Positions 14,095-28,643 of a DNA stretch of 64,000 nt are shown here, piece after piece. Origin of the DNA: Eledone cirrhosa (taxonomy: Eukaryota); assembly GCA_964016885.1 (NCBI GenBank), contig OZ024743.1, forward strand, positions 22,816,001 through 22,880,000, written 5' to 3'. The notes beneath the pieces were generated by a model. The model saw only the letters and a list, made by a program, of their open reading frames with translations, ran no database searches and was not told the origin of the DNA. Positions within the stretch are counted from its first letter, which is position 1. The number at the start of each line of letters is the position of its first letter. The position numbers and the translations under genes are program-made.

Positions 14095-16290
14095 TTACGA
14101 GAGGGAGTCGGCGACTTGTTCTACAGTGCAAGTACCAAGGCTGTCGATCTAACAGATTCGTGGCTCTCATACTCAAGATTTGGATTGAGGATGGAAACTC
14201 CACTATTCAGGTGTGGCACCAGAAATGACTGCACAGGCGGGAGTATGGATACTCACAAGTCCCTGGCTGTTAGGATGTGTTATGGACTTGATCCCGTTAG
14301 GAGGGAGGATTTGCCACTTGAAGCTTTGGCTGATAGACAGGTCTCTGCAGATGGTGCAACTTTACGCACTTAAGAAGGAGTCCTAATACAGATCCTTCCT
14401 TGATGAAGTCACTGCAGCGTTAGGTGTAGTCAAGACTGAGTCATATATCCTGATGCGAGACTTCAATACACATGACATGGAAATGAATGACTGGGAGGAA
14501 TGGCGACCCAGATCAAAATACGAATGTAGAGGCCTTACTAGACGTCTGCTCTAGCAATGGGTGCTATTATGAACACCTTCTTCCAGCACAGAGACATACA
14601 TAAATATACATGGTATAAGAGGAACCAGCGACTGAGATCAATAATTGATTTTGTTATTGTCTCTGATCTCTTCGATTCAGTGTTGGATGTTCGTGCTGAG
14701 CTGTCACCCTGAACTATATCTAGTTATGTGCAATTTGAGATTACCTAAAGAAGCCCACAAAACTGGCGGGTCCAGACTGACCTACAGAATAAAGTGGAAA
14801 GCATTGGTGGATAAGGAAATCAGGACCTGGTATGCAGATACTATTGCATCCAAATTCAGAGAACTCCATGAGCAAACTGAGTACGTTGAGTCAGAGTGGA
14901 GATTGTTCAGCGCAACAGTTTCTGCTTTAGCTCTTGGGAAATCGTGGAAGTATTGCCAAGAGATATATTCTTGCTTTGTCGACCTTAAAAAGGCATATGG
15001 CCGCGTTGCTCGTGAACTGCTGTGGAAGGTTCTGCAGGAGTATGGGATCTATGAACAGTTCCTTGCTGCCCTCATGTCACTATACGAATGCCCAAGTATT
15101 TGTGTCCGAATAAATGATGCTAAATCAAAAACATTCCATATGGGATTCAGACTCCACTACGGCTTCTTAAATTCACCTCTCCTGTTCATTATTTACATGG
15201 ACAGGTGGATTGGCAGTATCGGTAGAGGGTCGGACTCCATGCTTTCCAGCATAGTTACGTCCCTTTACGATCTGAGTTCAAATCCCGCCGAGGTTGACTT
15301 TGCCTTTCATCCTTACGGGGTCGATAAAATAAAGTACCAGTAATGCACTGGGTTATTTGCTGGCCTTGTGCCTAAAAGTAGAAACAATTATTTACATGAA
15401 CAGGATTGACATGCGCAGCCGGTTTGGAAGTGATTTCATAACTGGCGGGTGTAAAATCAGTCAGCTGGAATTTGCAGACGACATGGTGTTACATAACTCG
15501 ACAGAAGGTGATCTTCCAATTGCACACGAGAGGTTTGATGTCGAGTGTTGCATGGCTGGAATGAAAATCAATGCTGCGAAAATTGAGACGCTCGTCCTCA
15601 CAAGGAAGCCTGCACAGTGCACTCCACGTGTAAATGGAGTTCCACTAAAGCAGGTAGAGAGGGTCAAGTATCTCGGTGCCGTGGTAATGAGTGATGGAAG
15701 GCAGGGGGCTTAATTAAGTGCAAGACCTGCAGGAACTGGTGCAGTAATACGCCAGCTTCAGCTTTCAGTAATCAGAAAAAGGGAGGTAAGTGTAAAAGCC
15801 AAACTCGCCATCTTCAATTCGGTATTGGGGCCAACCCTTACCTGTGGTCATGAATCTTGTGTAATGACCGAAAGAATACGATCGTGAATACAAGCGAATA
15901 CGGCCGAAATGGGGTTCCTCCGAAGGATCCTTGGAATAACGCTACTCGATAAAGTACGTAGCTCGGCGGTCAGAGAGTCACACCAGGTGAGCCGCTACTT
16001 CTCCGAACTGAGATATCAAAGCTATGGACATGTGGTTAGAATGTCACAGGAAAGAAACACTGGAGAGATTTTATGGGCAAAGCCAACCGGTAGGATACCC
16101 AGAGGTAGACGCCGATCAAGATGATTGGATAACATCTACGTGCTCAGCTTATCTCGCTTGGAGAAGAAGAAGAAGAAGAAGAAGAAGAAGAAGAAGAAGA
16201 AGAAGAAGAAGAAGAAGAAGAAGAAGAAGAAGCCTGTCCCAAGCGTGGAACTCTTCTCTTCTCACAAGTATCGTAGTTATGAGGACCTAA
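14095..16290 (+). mobile_element. Decayed RTE-clade LINE (AP endonuclease + RT remnants)
   Basis: IMNTFFQH..HKYTWY and SIIDF endonuclease remnants; FVDLKKAY, SPLLFIIYMD, FADDMVL, VKYLG and MGFLRRILG RT remnants. Many frameshifts, an internal deletion, a SINE insertion and an (AAG)n expansion at 16162-16231. Confidence 0.85.
15206..15386 (+). mobile_element. tRNA-derived SINE inserted in the RTE LINE
   Basis: TSD ATTATTTACATG(G/A)ACAGG at 15188-15205 and 15387-15404. The paralogous RTE fragment near 26200-26240 shows the empty site. Confidence 0.92.
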
Positions 16291-16415
16291 TCCTGATTCG
16301 GGGTTCTGTTGCTACTGGTTTTGTTTGCTTTCCTTTCTCATGACTCGACTCGGATATATTATATATCCCAGCTCCTATTTTTTAGATATGCACACATTTA
16401 TACTCCTAAAGTGTA

Positions 16416-16450
<35 letters not shown>

Positions 16451-16537
16451 GGAGCGAAACTGCAATCGGAACTTTGGAGAAAATATTCGGTATATTTTGT
16501 CTATTTCCTCCTCACATTTATAATTTGATATATATAA

Positions 16538-16648
<111 letters not shown>

Positions 16649-16667
16649 CATATATATATATATACAT

Positions 16668-17722
16668 AACTAAGAACATAGATTTTACATGTGGCCGGTG
16701 CTCTGGTGCAATAAGTAGCAGTAAGTGCCCCAAAAATACTAGCTCTTTCAACTGCGCAGAGGGTTCTATAGAAATAGTGGACAGCTTCCGTTACCTGGAT
16801 GACAAAATCAGCAGTGGGGGAGGGTGCTATGAAAGTACAGTAGCTAGAGTCAGAACTGGATGGAAAAAGTTCAGAGAGCTTATACCACTATTAGCCGCTA
16901 AAGGGTTCTCCCTAAAAATGAAAGGCAGGTTGTATGATGCCTGCATACGAACAGCAATGTTGCATGGCAGTGAAACCTGGGCATTGTGTGCAGAGGATAT
17001 ACGCAGACTAGAGAGGAACGAAGCTTGCATGCTCCGCTGGATGTGTAATAGTAATATACGTGAACGGCAAAGCATAAACGAACTAAGGAAAAAATTAGAA
17101 ATAAGAGGGATCAGATGTTGTTTACTCGAGAGAAGGCTACGTTGGTATGGTCACGTGCTGCGCATGAAAGACGATAGCTGTATAACAAAGTGCAGGGCAA
17201 TAAAGATAGACGGTAGCCACGGAATAGGCAGAGCCAGAAAAACCTGGGACGAGCTGATAAATTCCGACCTCACACACTTACACCTCTCCAAGACAATGTC
17301 ACTGGACCGAGACCTTTGGCGGTACTCAGTAATAGAGAAGACCCGCCTTACCTAAATACATAGTAAAACCTACTACAGTCAGTAGGCATCTCTAACAAAA
17401 TACACCCCCACCCCCATCCACACCGCCCCTTTCCATGTAAAGTTATGTTGGTGCCACAACATCCAGGCCGAAACAAATGAGATCGTGTAGGTGTCACGAC
17501 AAAAAGACACACAGTCCACGCTGTAATGTGGCCGTGTAAAAACCTCCCAGCCCCACACTGTAAATGTGGTTGGTGTTAGGAAGGGCATTCAGCTGTAGAA
17601 AACCCGCCAGATAGTCCTATGCGAGCAAGATAATCACTCTTGCCTCAAGTGGGAAAACCCCCGTCCAAACCCATGCAAGCGTGGAACACGGACGTTAAAC
17701 GTTGATGATGATGATGATGATG
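16668..17722 (+). mobile_element. 3' end of a second RTE-clade LINE with (GAT)n tail
   Basis: [44 protein letters not shown]; stop at 17355; 3' UTR ending GGACGTTAAACGTTGATGATGAT. Confidence 0.88.
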
Positions 17723-17988
17723 ATATATATAATATTAGTAATACTAGACATTTTTAGTGCTGTCTATCAAGCAAGAGGTGTTTTTTTTTAGGTGGAGGGT
17801 GGAGAAATCTATCACGAATCTAAATGATTCGGTAAATAGATATTTCTTTAGTTAATATATTACTACTACTCCTTTCTATCATACCGCGTGAACTGGTCTA
17901 GTTTAGTACTCAATATGTTGACAGTATCTTTGCAATCTATTATCACGGGATTAAAAAGCGTTATACTGCCAATAGTAGGTGCACTTAC

Positions 17989-18057
17989 CTTCCGATTTGA
18001 GGAAGCATCTTGGGTGCAGTTTGCCAATTTAGCCATTGCACTCTGCAGGTCCGCTAC
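17989..18057 (-). CDS. Probable next coding exon (69 nt, phase 0-0) of the MTCL1/SOGA-like gene
   Basis: Minus strand: TTTTTCTTTTAATCGTTACAG acceptor, open frame VADLQSAMAKLANCTQDASSNRK, donor AAG|GTAAGT. It continues the heptad pattern after ..IDKLRDK in the same phase. Confidence 0.75.
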
Positions 18058-20929
18058 CTGTAACGATTAAAAGAAAAATCAAATTATTGAAATAGTTATT
18101 TGATCAATATTTCACAAATAAAGATAGGTATCGTTTCTACGTTTATGTTTTCACTGGAATACGATTTCCTAATAGTGGAATAAAAAGTATGTTATCTTAT
18201 TTATATTTCGTTGGAGCTTTTTTACCGTTATGAAGGTGCATGATTATTTTAAAATGTACTATGCTTTAGTCTTAGAGACCCGATAACTGAATATCAGTAT
18301 AGAAACAGAACAATATTTTTCATTTTTACATATTTCTCCAAGAATCCCCCAAAATGAACGATCTGACTTGTGTACATCTGAAATTTCATCTTAATTTGGT
18401 ATCTAACAGTGGATTAGTACTGACATAGATCCAAATAACAGCAGTGACACGCTTAAAAGTGATTTGTACACCAGCGCCTATTTTCTGCCAGTTACAACAA
18501 ATGTTTATCGAAGCAGAAAATGGGGCGTTAAGAAGTCTCTATCGATCTGAATATGAAATTTACACTACATTTTAGGGTCTTAAATCACAATTTTACATTA
18601 AAGCAAAAAATTATTGTCACACTTCACTACATCCTCACTTTGTATGAAAACAAAATGTGGCCACATACTACACCCTTCTGTATTAATACAGGCAAGCTAC
18701 GTATGTAATTGTTGATATATTATATCAAAATAAACGACTGATCATATTTTAATTGGGGAGAAAACTATATATTACATGACAACTTTCGTAGAAAAAAGGC
18801 GTGATTCCTTCTCTGTATAAAGAAACATTCTATGAAAAACAGTAATTGTACTTTCAGAAAAGAAATTATTTTCTTAAGTTAATTATCTCGAAAGAACGAA
18901 AAATTAGTTTATTCCTTCAATGTTTAGAATATATAACAGTTATCACACTTATTATAACATCATTTTTCTATAACAGTTAACTCCTTTCATTAAATAAAAA
19001 AGATAATGTAAAAATATCTGAAGAAATACGCAAAAGTTGTATTTATTTTCTTAGTCAGCTATTTAAGTGTTAAATATTTCAACAAAAATAATAATCACTC
19101 TTTAAAGGTGTTCATTGCTTTTATGTATTTAGCTAATAATCTTGTGTTTATTGACTCAAATATATATATACAACATTGTGTTTTAACATTTCATCTTTCA
19201 CCAATCTAGAGGAACAAAAGGCAACAATTTCTGAAAGTTTTATTTATTTTGGAAGTGGAATGGATGGTCTCAGTATGTGGCCACTTTCTTTCCCAAAAAC
19301 TGAAATGAAGAATTCAAGGATTAAGAAATGTGTTGGAATAGTAAAAGGCAAAAAATAAAAGCAAAAATCCAAATATTTCAAATGCCAATAGAAAAAAAGG
19401 GAAATTTTTCGCAAAATGAAAATTGTTATTTAAAGAAAAACATTATGTACACTTACACCGCATACCCCCCCCCCCACACACACACACTATATATATATAT
19501 ATATATGAATACTTGTATACATACATTTATGTATACATACATGCATACATACATAGATACATACATACATTGACAGTGGAAGCCAACTTGAGATAGATTA
19601 GTGTGGTATGATATGTGGCGCTCTTTTAGCCTACATGCATGGTACCAGGGTATCTTCAGGCAGTTTTTAAAGTGTTTGTGTGGTTTCTAAATTTGGTAGA
19701 AGGTCAGAAATCAGGCGAGAAGGAAAGTCGATTAAATCAATCCTAGTAGATAACTGATACCTTATTTTATCGAACCGAGAAGATGAAAAGTAAAGTTAAC
19801 TTCAGCGGAATTTGATCTCAGAGAGTATTGTATGGAGAGCTGTTGCAAGGCAAACACCTGTAGTGAAAGCCACACAAGTACTTTAAAAACTGCCTGAATA
19901 TCAACACCGAAACATTGTGAAATTTTACAACAGACAGAACGCAGTGGTGAAATCCGGTTGCTACTTCTGCTAAGGAATTTGAAAAACAGTGAATGGCCGA
20001 TGCTGAAGTGAAGAGCGCAGTTAAATATATAGGAGGCGTTAGTCTGCTTCCAGAATGGGGTACTTTATTTTATCCAACCCAGAAGATTTTAAATAAAGTT
20101 GACTTCAGCGGAATTTGACCAAAAAAAGTAAAGAGCTATTGCTAGGTTCTGTGAAGCATTTGATTCCATTACGGCCCGAGTGGATGCAGTAGATAAGACG
20201 AAGTATAATCGTTAAAAAGCGTTAAATTTATTTTATGGTGTATTTCTTTCTGATCAGTAGACATAAATCTGATTAGCTATGAAGATTCTTTTGAGGAAAA
20301 CAAAATGTCAAACAGAGCTGATGGCATATTTCATATTGATGGGTAACTCTGAAGACAACCATTCAAGCAATTACATTTATTGTAATTTATCGCACACTAA
20401 ATTACACCACAGTCTCATAATGTCAGATTCAGATTGCTATCATTTTTATGATCGGAATGGCTGGAGGGTTAGTTTTCCCAGACAATTTACAAGATTTTCT
20501 GTGTTTCGCTTTGTATATTTGGTATATGGGCTCTGAATAATTATGTTCATACAAATTAAATTAGTTGGTCGGTATACCTAAGTTATTTCACTAAACAAAG
20601 AAAACGGATCACTATAGTTTTGGTGTAATTGCGTCATAAACTGATTATGCGCCAATCAACAACAGCAGTTGATTTCTGAAACTCGATGGGGGTGCCAATA
20701 ATCTGTTCTGATTTAATTCTCAATGTGCTATAAATACATTGAGAAAGAAAACACAGCCTGGCATTCATCTGGTTTAGCCATCTTTTAATGAAAGAAAACT
20801 AAAGAGAACGTATGAAAGAAAAGAAGAATGGGAAAAGAAAGAAAGAGAGAACAAAATAAAAGAAGGAAATATTTCTACCAATAAATGTATCATGATGTAT
20901 ATTCCAGAATAACTCTATTGTCGTAGGTA

Positions 20930-21014
<85 letters not shown>

Positions 21015-21023
<9 letters not shown>

Positions 21024-21190
21024 TGAGAGAGTGAAAACGTGGACAATAAGTGAGAGAAAGACAGAGACCGAGATAGAGGGCGAGAGATAAAGAGAGAGAG
21101 ACAGGGAGATAGATAAAGAAAGTGGGTGTGAGAGAGTGAAAACGAGGGCAATAAATGAGAGAGAGACAGAGACCGAGAGATAAGGGGAGA
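21015..21190. repeat. Two diverged tandem copies (period about 105 bp) inside an (AG)n tract
   Basis: AGTGGGTGTGAGAGAGTGAAAACG..ACAGAGACCGAG at 21015 and 21121. Confidence 0.7.
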
Positions 21191-22369
21191 GGTAGGGAGA
21201 GGGAGAGTTCTGGAAACTAGAATATATAAAACCACAAGTTAAAATGGGTATGTAATAATCTGTATTAGATAAACTCTTCGATCTTCCATCACAATCTATA
21301 TGGACAAATAAATCCTGGGGGAGTTCCAGGAGTGCCAGAGAAACATTCGGCGTAACTGTAGAACTGTAAACCTCGTGTATCCCATACTCTCTCTGATCAC
21401 AGCCAATTTCTAGCAGAGAAGAGGAGAAAGAGTAACAGAGAGGAAGCGGGAAAGAGATATCCTGAACTTTTTTATCGACCTCGGCGGGTTTTCAACGCAA
21501 AATATAGAGAGCAGGAGCGAATGCCGCAAAATATTCTATTTACTGCTAATTTCCGCCCTCGCAATCAGATAGGGTAATTATTACGGGAACCATTTGTTAA
21601 ACTGCCATATTCAAACAAACTACTGTGTTATTAATTTTATGTTTTGTCCACAAAGCTTCGTATCGGTAGAGCATTACACATACATAAAATATGCTTTAGA
21701 TATTTTCCTAGTTTCTAATGAGTCATAAAATCGACATATGTCTTAGAATTACTGTATCGTCAAGTGGATGAGAGCCGGGAAAGAATATTACTAATTTTGC
21801 GCATTACAAACACTATATATATTTCTATATATGTATGTGTGTGTATGTGTGTGAGTGTGTGGTGTGTATGTAGGCGCGAGGCCTACTGGTAAGAGTGTTG
21901 GACTTACGATATTAATGTCATGGGCCCGATTCCTGGACTAGTTGTGCTGTGTTCTTGAATTAAACACTTCATTCACGTTACTCCAGTATCGATAACATTA
22001 TATAATACGAAATCTTTTAAGAAAACTTTTGTGGAAATATATTTTGCTGTTTAGAATGTTTCTAGTTTATACGTTATTTAAATAGACGGTGATATGGATC
22101 TATAGTAACGAGACTAGTAATATGGAGTTACATAACTGCTATCGATTTGTCACAATATCGATTTGTCATGTCCAATCAACCTTCTGATACGCTTGTAAGA
22201 CAATGAACTGTTTAAGCACTTAATTTTGCCTTTTGTTTTCCTTGTTCAGCGGATTCCTGGCTCTTTTCCTATTACCCACTGTACTACCCTTATTACCCAC
22301 TCTACTACCCTAAGTATCGAGTACTCTGGTGCGTTATGGTCCACCTGGTTCCTTACCACACTTTCTTTG

Positions 22370-22476
<107 letters not shown>

Positions 22477-22639
22477 ATATAGAACTGTTTCATTCGAAAA
22501 AAATCACCAGCAAAGCCCTGATAATTTCTTTCGAATGAAAAAGCCATTTCTATATTAAACTTGATTTTTACACTGTACTAATGTATTGAGTACCTTACTT
22601 ACTGTGGTTACCCCCGATTGAACCCGGGACTCACACACA

Positions 22640-22772
<133 letters not shown>

Positions 22773-23016
22773 CTCTGTAGCTTGGTGTTCGTTGAATGCT
22801 CAAGGAAATCCAATATGATGAAAGCCTCCTACAAAACCAAGAACTTTCATCACCTGATCTCGTTGGAATTATTACTTCCGTACAACATGGAGTTCTAACA
22901 CCGTTATTGGCTTTACTATAGACAGGTAGACACCAGTATACACACATACATATATATATATAGATACATACATATGATAGATATACACACACACACACAC
23001 ACACATATATTTATAT

Positions 23017-23099
<83 letters not shown>

Positions 23100-24265
23100 A
23101 AACATCTGTATTTTTCCACTACCCGACTTCTTAGTACCCGGGCACTGGATTGTGTTACAAAGCAGTTTGAAGGATGTTTATAACAACACGCAACTATTGC
23201 TATTTTTTCTCGAATCTCGTGTAATTCAATAGAAGGTACGAGATAAAAAAAAATACAAATAAATAAATAATATAAGCCCTATCTAATACCTGTTTATCCT
23301 CAACCAACTGCTGAAAATATCATTACGAAACAAATATGTTTAAGATATCCCCTCACTTTCATTAGATACTTTTAAACTGCGGTTTGAACAGTGAGTGTAA
23401 AGGAATTAGTTTTAAGTTGAAGCATAGATGCTGATATATATTCACGCTGCGCAGAGTTTGTGAACAAGTTTCGATTCCTCGTTACTGAGTTTGCGTTTTT
23501 CGACTCTCGAGAAAAGCATAAATTTCTTACGCAATGATGTTTAATATATTGAAATTTACTGTTAATTTGGAAAAGAGATAATTTACTGTTACTTTGGAAA
23601 CGATATAAGTTCATGAAATTAGGAATTTATTTCGCAGAAACTTGACTTTTCAAGCTTAAAACGAAATATGTTGTTTTTTAGCAGGCAAGTTAGTGGATAA
23701 GAATAATTTGCAGTCCTTTTAGAGCCCATTCAACAAAGCATAGACTTCTCAATTCTCAAGCAGAGAAAAAGTTACGAATAATTTGAGGCTAGTACAATCC
23801 CGCCGAGATAAACTTTGCCTTTCATCCTTACAGGGTCGATAAAATAAAGTACCAGTAATTTACTGGGTAATTGATGGCTTTGTGCCAAAGGTAGAATTAT
23901 TATAAAACATTATAGGTTCCTATGTGTCTAAATGATTGTCTACCAACCTTTTTTCGCTAATGCACAATGCACATCAAAAATACTTGCATATTTAAGTCCA
24001 TTCTGCTCTTATGTAATGGTCCCTAATTTTAAAACAAAGTCAGAGATTGCGGGGAGAAGAGAAAGTCGATTCTATCTGATTACTTGACTGGAAAAGTAAA
24101 GTTGGCCAAGGCGGGATTTGAACACGGAAAGTAAAGGGATGGAATAAATATTGTTAAACATTTCTACACTTATATAATAAAAGCAGTGTGTTCTACTTCC
24201 AGTCGATTTCTATTCTTGTGGAAAATTGATTTACTGCACTAAAAGCCCCCCCCCCCCCCCCTCCC

Positions 24266-24325
<60 letters not shown>

Positions 24326-24612
24326 CAGATTAAAGTTTAAGCAAAGAATCGCTGCTTTCACCGTTAATGGGATCTTCTGAAATAAATATTTGCTCTTGGG
24401 TTCTTATATATTTGATATATATTTATCGTTATCGAGCCCTCTTTGAATTTTAGTCTTCACATTTATTATCATTACTATATATATATATATATATATACAG
24501 TAATAATAATAAATGTGAAGACTACTAATATATATATATATATATATAAGCTACTAGATTTGGCCGGTCCAATTGCATTGAGTGATGCTTTGAATAAGCA
24601 TATATATATATA

Positions 24613-24817
24613 TATAACGAAGGAAATGTCGTAAGGAACCAGATGGACCATAACGCACCAAAGTACTCAATACTTAGGGTAGTAGTGTGGGTAATAGGAA
24701 CGAGTAGGACCCCGACGGCTGAGCTCAAGCCGTTTCGACGGCTAATTCTGGACTAAATTTTAGTCCAGAATTAGCCGTCGAAACGGGTTGAGCTCAGCCG
24801 TCGGGGTCCTACTCGTT

Positions 24818-24822
<5 letters not shown>
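24613..24822 (-). mobile_element. Short fold-back copy of the abundant HHR family
   Basis: Hairpin 24694-24822 centred on 24758 with 1 mismatch; tail 24613-24693; (TA)n flanks. Confidence 0.85.
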
Positions 24823-24867
<45 letters not shown>

Positions 24868-24897
24868 TGTTTGTGTGTGTGTGTGCGGGTGTGTGTG

Positions 24898-24992
<95 letters not shown>

Positions 24993-25559
24993 CAATGTTT
25001 GTGCACGTATTTAGCTAAGCCTGAGTGCATGAAAGTATATTGCCAAACTCCTATCTGAAGAGGATGCTCTTTCAGCTACACCATAATAAATATTTATGTT
25101 CATGTCTGATATATGTTTAACCTCCCCGCTTGCTTTGCTAAACAAAACTAAAGAAAGGAACAAGAATGGAATTTATAAAAAAATATTTATATCACATTCA
25201 TCTTATGTTATGAAATTATATACCGTAAGGTAAATGAAGCTTTTAACTAAAGAACTCTACTACTTTCACAACTTGGCCTAAGTCACAGAATTCTCTGGGA
25301 TCATTCTGGCAGTGCCGCTGAGATTCGAATTTCTTTTAGTAATACAAAATAAAAAGATTAAACGAGTTTCTTTTTCTCTTCTCCAGACAAAGGAAGAGCT
25401 TTTCATGCCCTGCAATGAAATCTAATGAAACTTTGTCAATTATGCAATGTAGATTTTTAATTTACGCAGAAGGCCAACAATTTGAGGAGAAGGGCAAAGT
25501 TGAATAGATCAACCCCAGTGCTTTTAATGGTTGTTAAGATACGTGTAGGCACCAACCAT

Positions 25560-26115
25560 GTTCTTGGAACGGTAATTTATAACATAACACAAACTTATTT
25601 TCAAGCCAAGGTTTGTAAGCCTCCTTCTTTGCTAGGATGGCATCTTTGACTTCTCGATTGAACCAAGGAGTCCTCTGCCACCCGGTACCACACCACATCT
25701 CTTTCGCTTGCAGCATTTGACAGCTGAAGCAGAAACTGCTGTGCTGAACAATCTCCGCTCCGTTTTAACGTCCTCAGTTTGTTCAGGGAGTTCTCTAAAT
25801 GTGGATGTAATAGTATCTGCATACCTGGTCCTTATCCACCAAAGCTTCCCATTTTATCCTGTAGGTCTACATGGACCTGTCAGTTTTGTAGGCTTCTTTG
25901 GCTTCAGGTACAGATAACTAGATGGTGATCAGTTGACAGCTCAGCCCCTCTCTTAACACAAACACCCAGCACAGAATTGAAGAGTTCAGAGACAATAACG
26001 AAATCAATTATTGATCTCTTTTCTCTTATTCTCCTTATACGATATATATATATATTCATGTATGTCTCTGTGCTGGAAGAATGTGTTCATAATAGAAAGT
26101 CCATTGCTAGAACAT
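25560..26115 (-). mobile_element. RTE LINE fragment, same family as 14095-16290, inverted
   Basis: The reverse complement matches 14550-14900 (ATTATGAACACATTCTTCCAGCACAGAGACATACA) and extends to RTPWFNREVKDAILAKKEAY. Confidence 0.8.
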
Positions 26116-26177
26116 AAGTCGAATAAGGTCTTGCCATACGTATTTAGATCGGCATCGTCTCTTTTTCCAATCACTCA

Positions 26178-26413
26178 ATGTCAGGTGGTACTCTCACCTC
26201 TCATGTTCATTATTTTCATGAACAGCATTGACATGCGGAGCTGGGTTGGAAGTTGCATCACTACTGGCAAGTGACAAATCAATCGGCTTGAATTTGCAGA
26301 CGTCATGGTATTACTTATCTCGACAGAAGGTGATCTCCGACTTGCACTTGATAAGTTTGATGCTGAGTGCTGCATGGCTGGAATGGAAATCTATGCTGCG
26401 AAAACTGAGACTA
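26178..26413 (+). mobile_element. RTE LINE RT fragment, same family
   Basis: LSPLMFIIFMNSID and LEFADVMVL; collinear with 15170-15590 without the SINE. Confidence 0.8.
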
Positions 26414-26540
26414 TTTAAAAGAAACTCATATTTTTCTATAGGTTCTAAATATCTGGAAACCTTGCTTGTAAGGAAATGTATAGAGAGATCTGGTTAGCAG
26501 TATTCATTGTGTGAGTTGGGAAAATAGTATTGTACTCTAA

Positions 26541-26725
26541 TAATAATTGTTTCTACTTTTGGCACAAGGCCAGCAATTACCCAGTACATTACTGGTATTT
26601 TATTTTATCGACCCCGTAAGGATGAAAGGCAAAATTAAGCTCGGCGCGATTTGAACTCAGAATAGCAAGGGGGGGTAACTCTATGCGTCAAAGCATAGTG
26701 TCCGACCCTCTACCGATACTGCCAT
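26541..26725 (-). mobile_element. tRNA-derived SINE
   Basis: Reverse complement of the 1011-1196 family. Confidence 0.88.
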
Positions 26726-27278
26726 GGGCTGCTATTATTATAACGTGTGTTGCTGATATACTTGTTCTGTTGTTGCTGCATACGATTCCATGTACGTCAT
26801 GTAATCATTAAACTTTTGTCTTGTGAAGCACAGGATATATATATATCGGTGGCCTAGTTGGGGAAATCATAGACGGTGGTGATCTTGGTCTGAAGTTCGA
26901 TCCTTGTAGGGTTCCTGGTAAGCCTTTAAAGTGGGCTATTTATTTACCAGACTAAAAATTCTAGTTTAGTCCAGAAATAGCCGTCGAAACTTGAGCTCTG
27001 CCGTCGGGGTCATACTTTTTCCTGTTGTATATATAGTTCAAATACCACCGAGTCAACTTTTTCTTTCATTCTTTCGAGGTCGATAAAAATGTACCAGTCA
27101 AGTACTGGGGTCGATCTTCCTCTCTCTGGAAGAAATCTGCTGTACTCAGGCCTGGGGAGGGGTAGGCTCCGGGAGGCTTAAAATGCCAAAGAAATGGTTT
27201 ATTTCAATACGCCCTCCCCACTCCCCACTCACGACTCTATCGAGCATGCGTGCCTCATCTCTTTCCAGTTACGGAACC

Positions 27279-27367
<89 letters not shown>

Positions 27368-28323
27368 GGGTTCAATCGGGGGTAACCACAGTAAGTAAGG
27401 TACTGAATACATAGTAGAGTATAAACAATAGAAATGGCTTCTACAGGACTAGAACTGTTTCATTAGAAGGAAATCATCAGGAAAGCCAAGTGACATGGTG
27501 GTATGGTGGTATTTATACGTTTTCTGGCCAAGAGATTTTAAGAACAAGGATTCTTTGAAAAAACTATATTTAGAGAAATATACACAGTAATACACATAAA
27601 AAGCATTCACACTAAGTACCTATAGACAAACACATACATACGGACACCTACACCTGTTTTAAGGTTCATTTATTCTAAGGAAACAAAGGGATTTCATTAA
27701 GTGGCTACATTTACATGCTCTGCTGAAAAATGTATGGTATCAATGGATTATTGACACCTTAGAGTTAAGGATAGTGAAGTCTGCAGTTGACTTTCCTGAT
27801 TATTTACTTCGAATGAAACAGTTCTAGTTCTATATATAATATTTATTAACCTTAGCGTCTGTAAACAACGTTTTGTTATAGTTGTTTGAACGATGCTTTA
27901 ATAATAACCGAAAATTGAATCATCACCAGCTGATCTGCTGATAAATATTGTAGACAATATGGCTATATTCATAGCTTATAGATTGGTGCACACATTATTT
28001 AACTGGTCTAGGGCGTTGAAATATCCTGCTGTCGGCCTTGAACTGTACAGCAAGGGATTAAATATAAAGCAATATTTATCTTTGTACCTCAAACTTCGCA
28101 TTTCCTACCTAGCATCGACCGGCTTTATACTTCAGGTTTCATAAATTAAAAACCAGACATGAACTGAAGTCAAATTAACCCGCTGTTCATATTTTTAATA
28201 ATTTGCTTTGCGCCTTAGTGTTAAAAACTAAAACAAATCACTTCTTGCAAGGGGGAATGCACGCAAAGAAAACACATCGTGGGAAACAATTTATATATAT
28301 ATATAAATTGTTTCCCACAGGGT

Positions 28324-28447
<124 letters not shown>

Positions 28448-28643
28448 TATATATATATAAATTGTTTCCCACGGGGTTATATATATATATATGTGTGTGT
28501 GTCTTCCCCCCCCCCCTGTTCTTCCTCCTTTCTCTCTATTTCCTTTTCTCTCTCCTTTTTTCTCCCCCTTTTTTTCTTTCTTTCTCTCTCTTTTTCCACC
28601 TGGCCTTTTGATTAATAAAAGGCCTCGGGCGCACCCGAACTAC

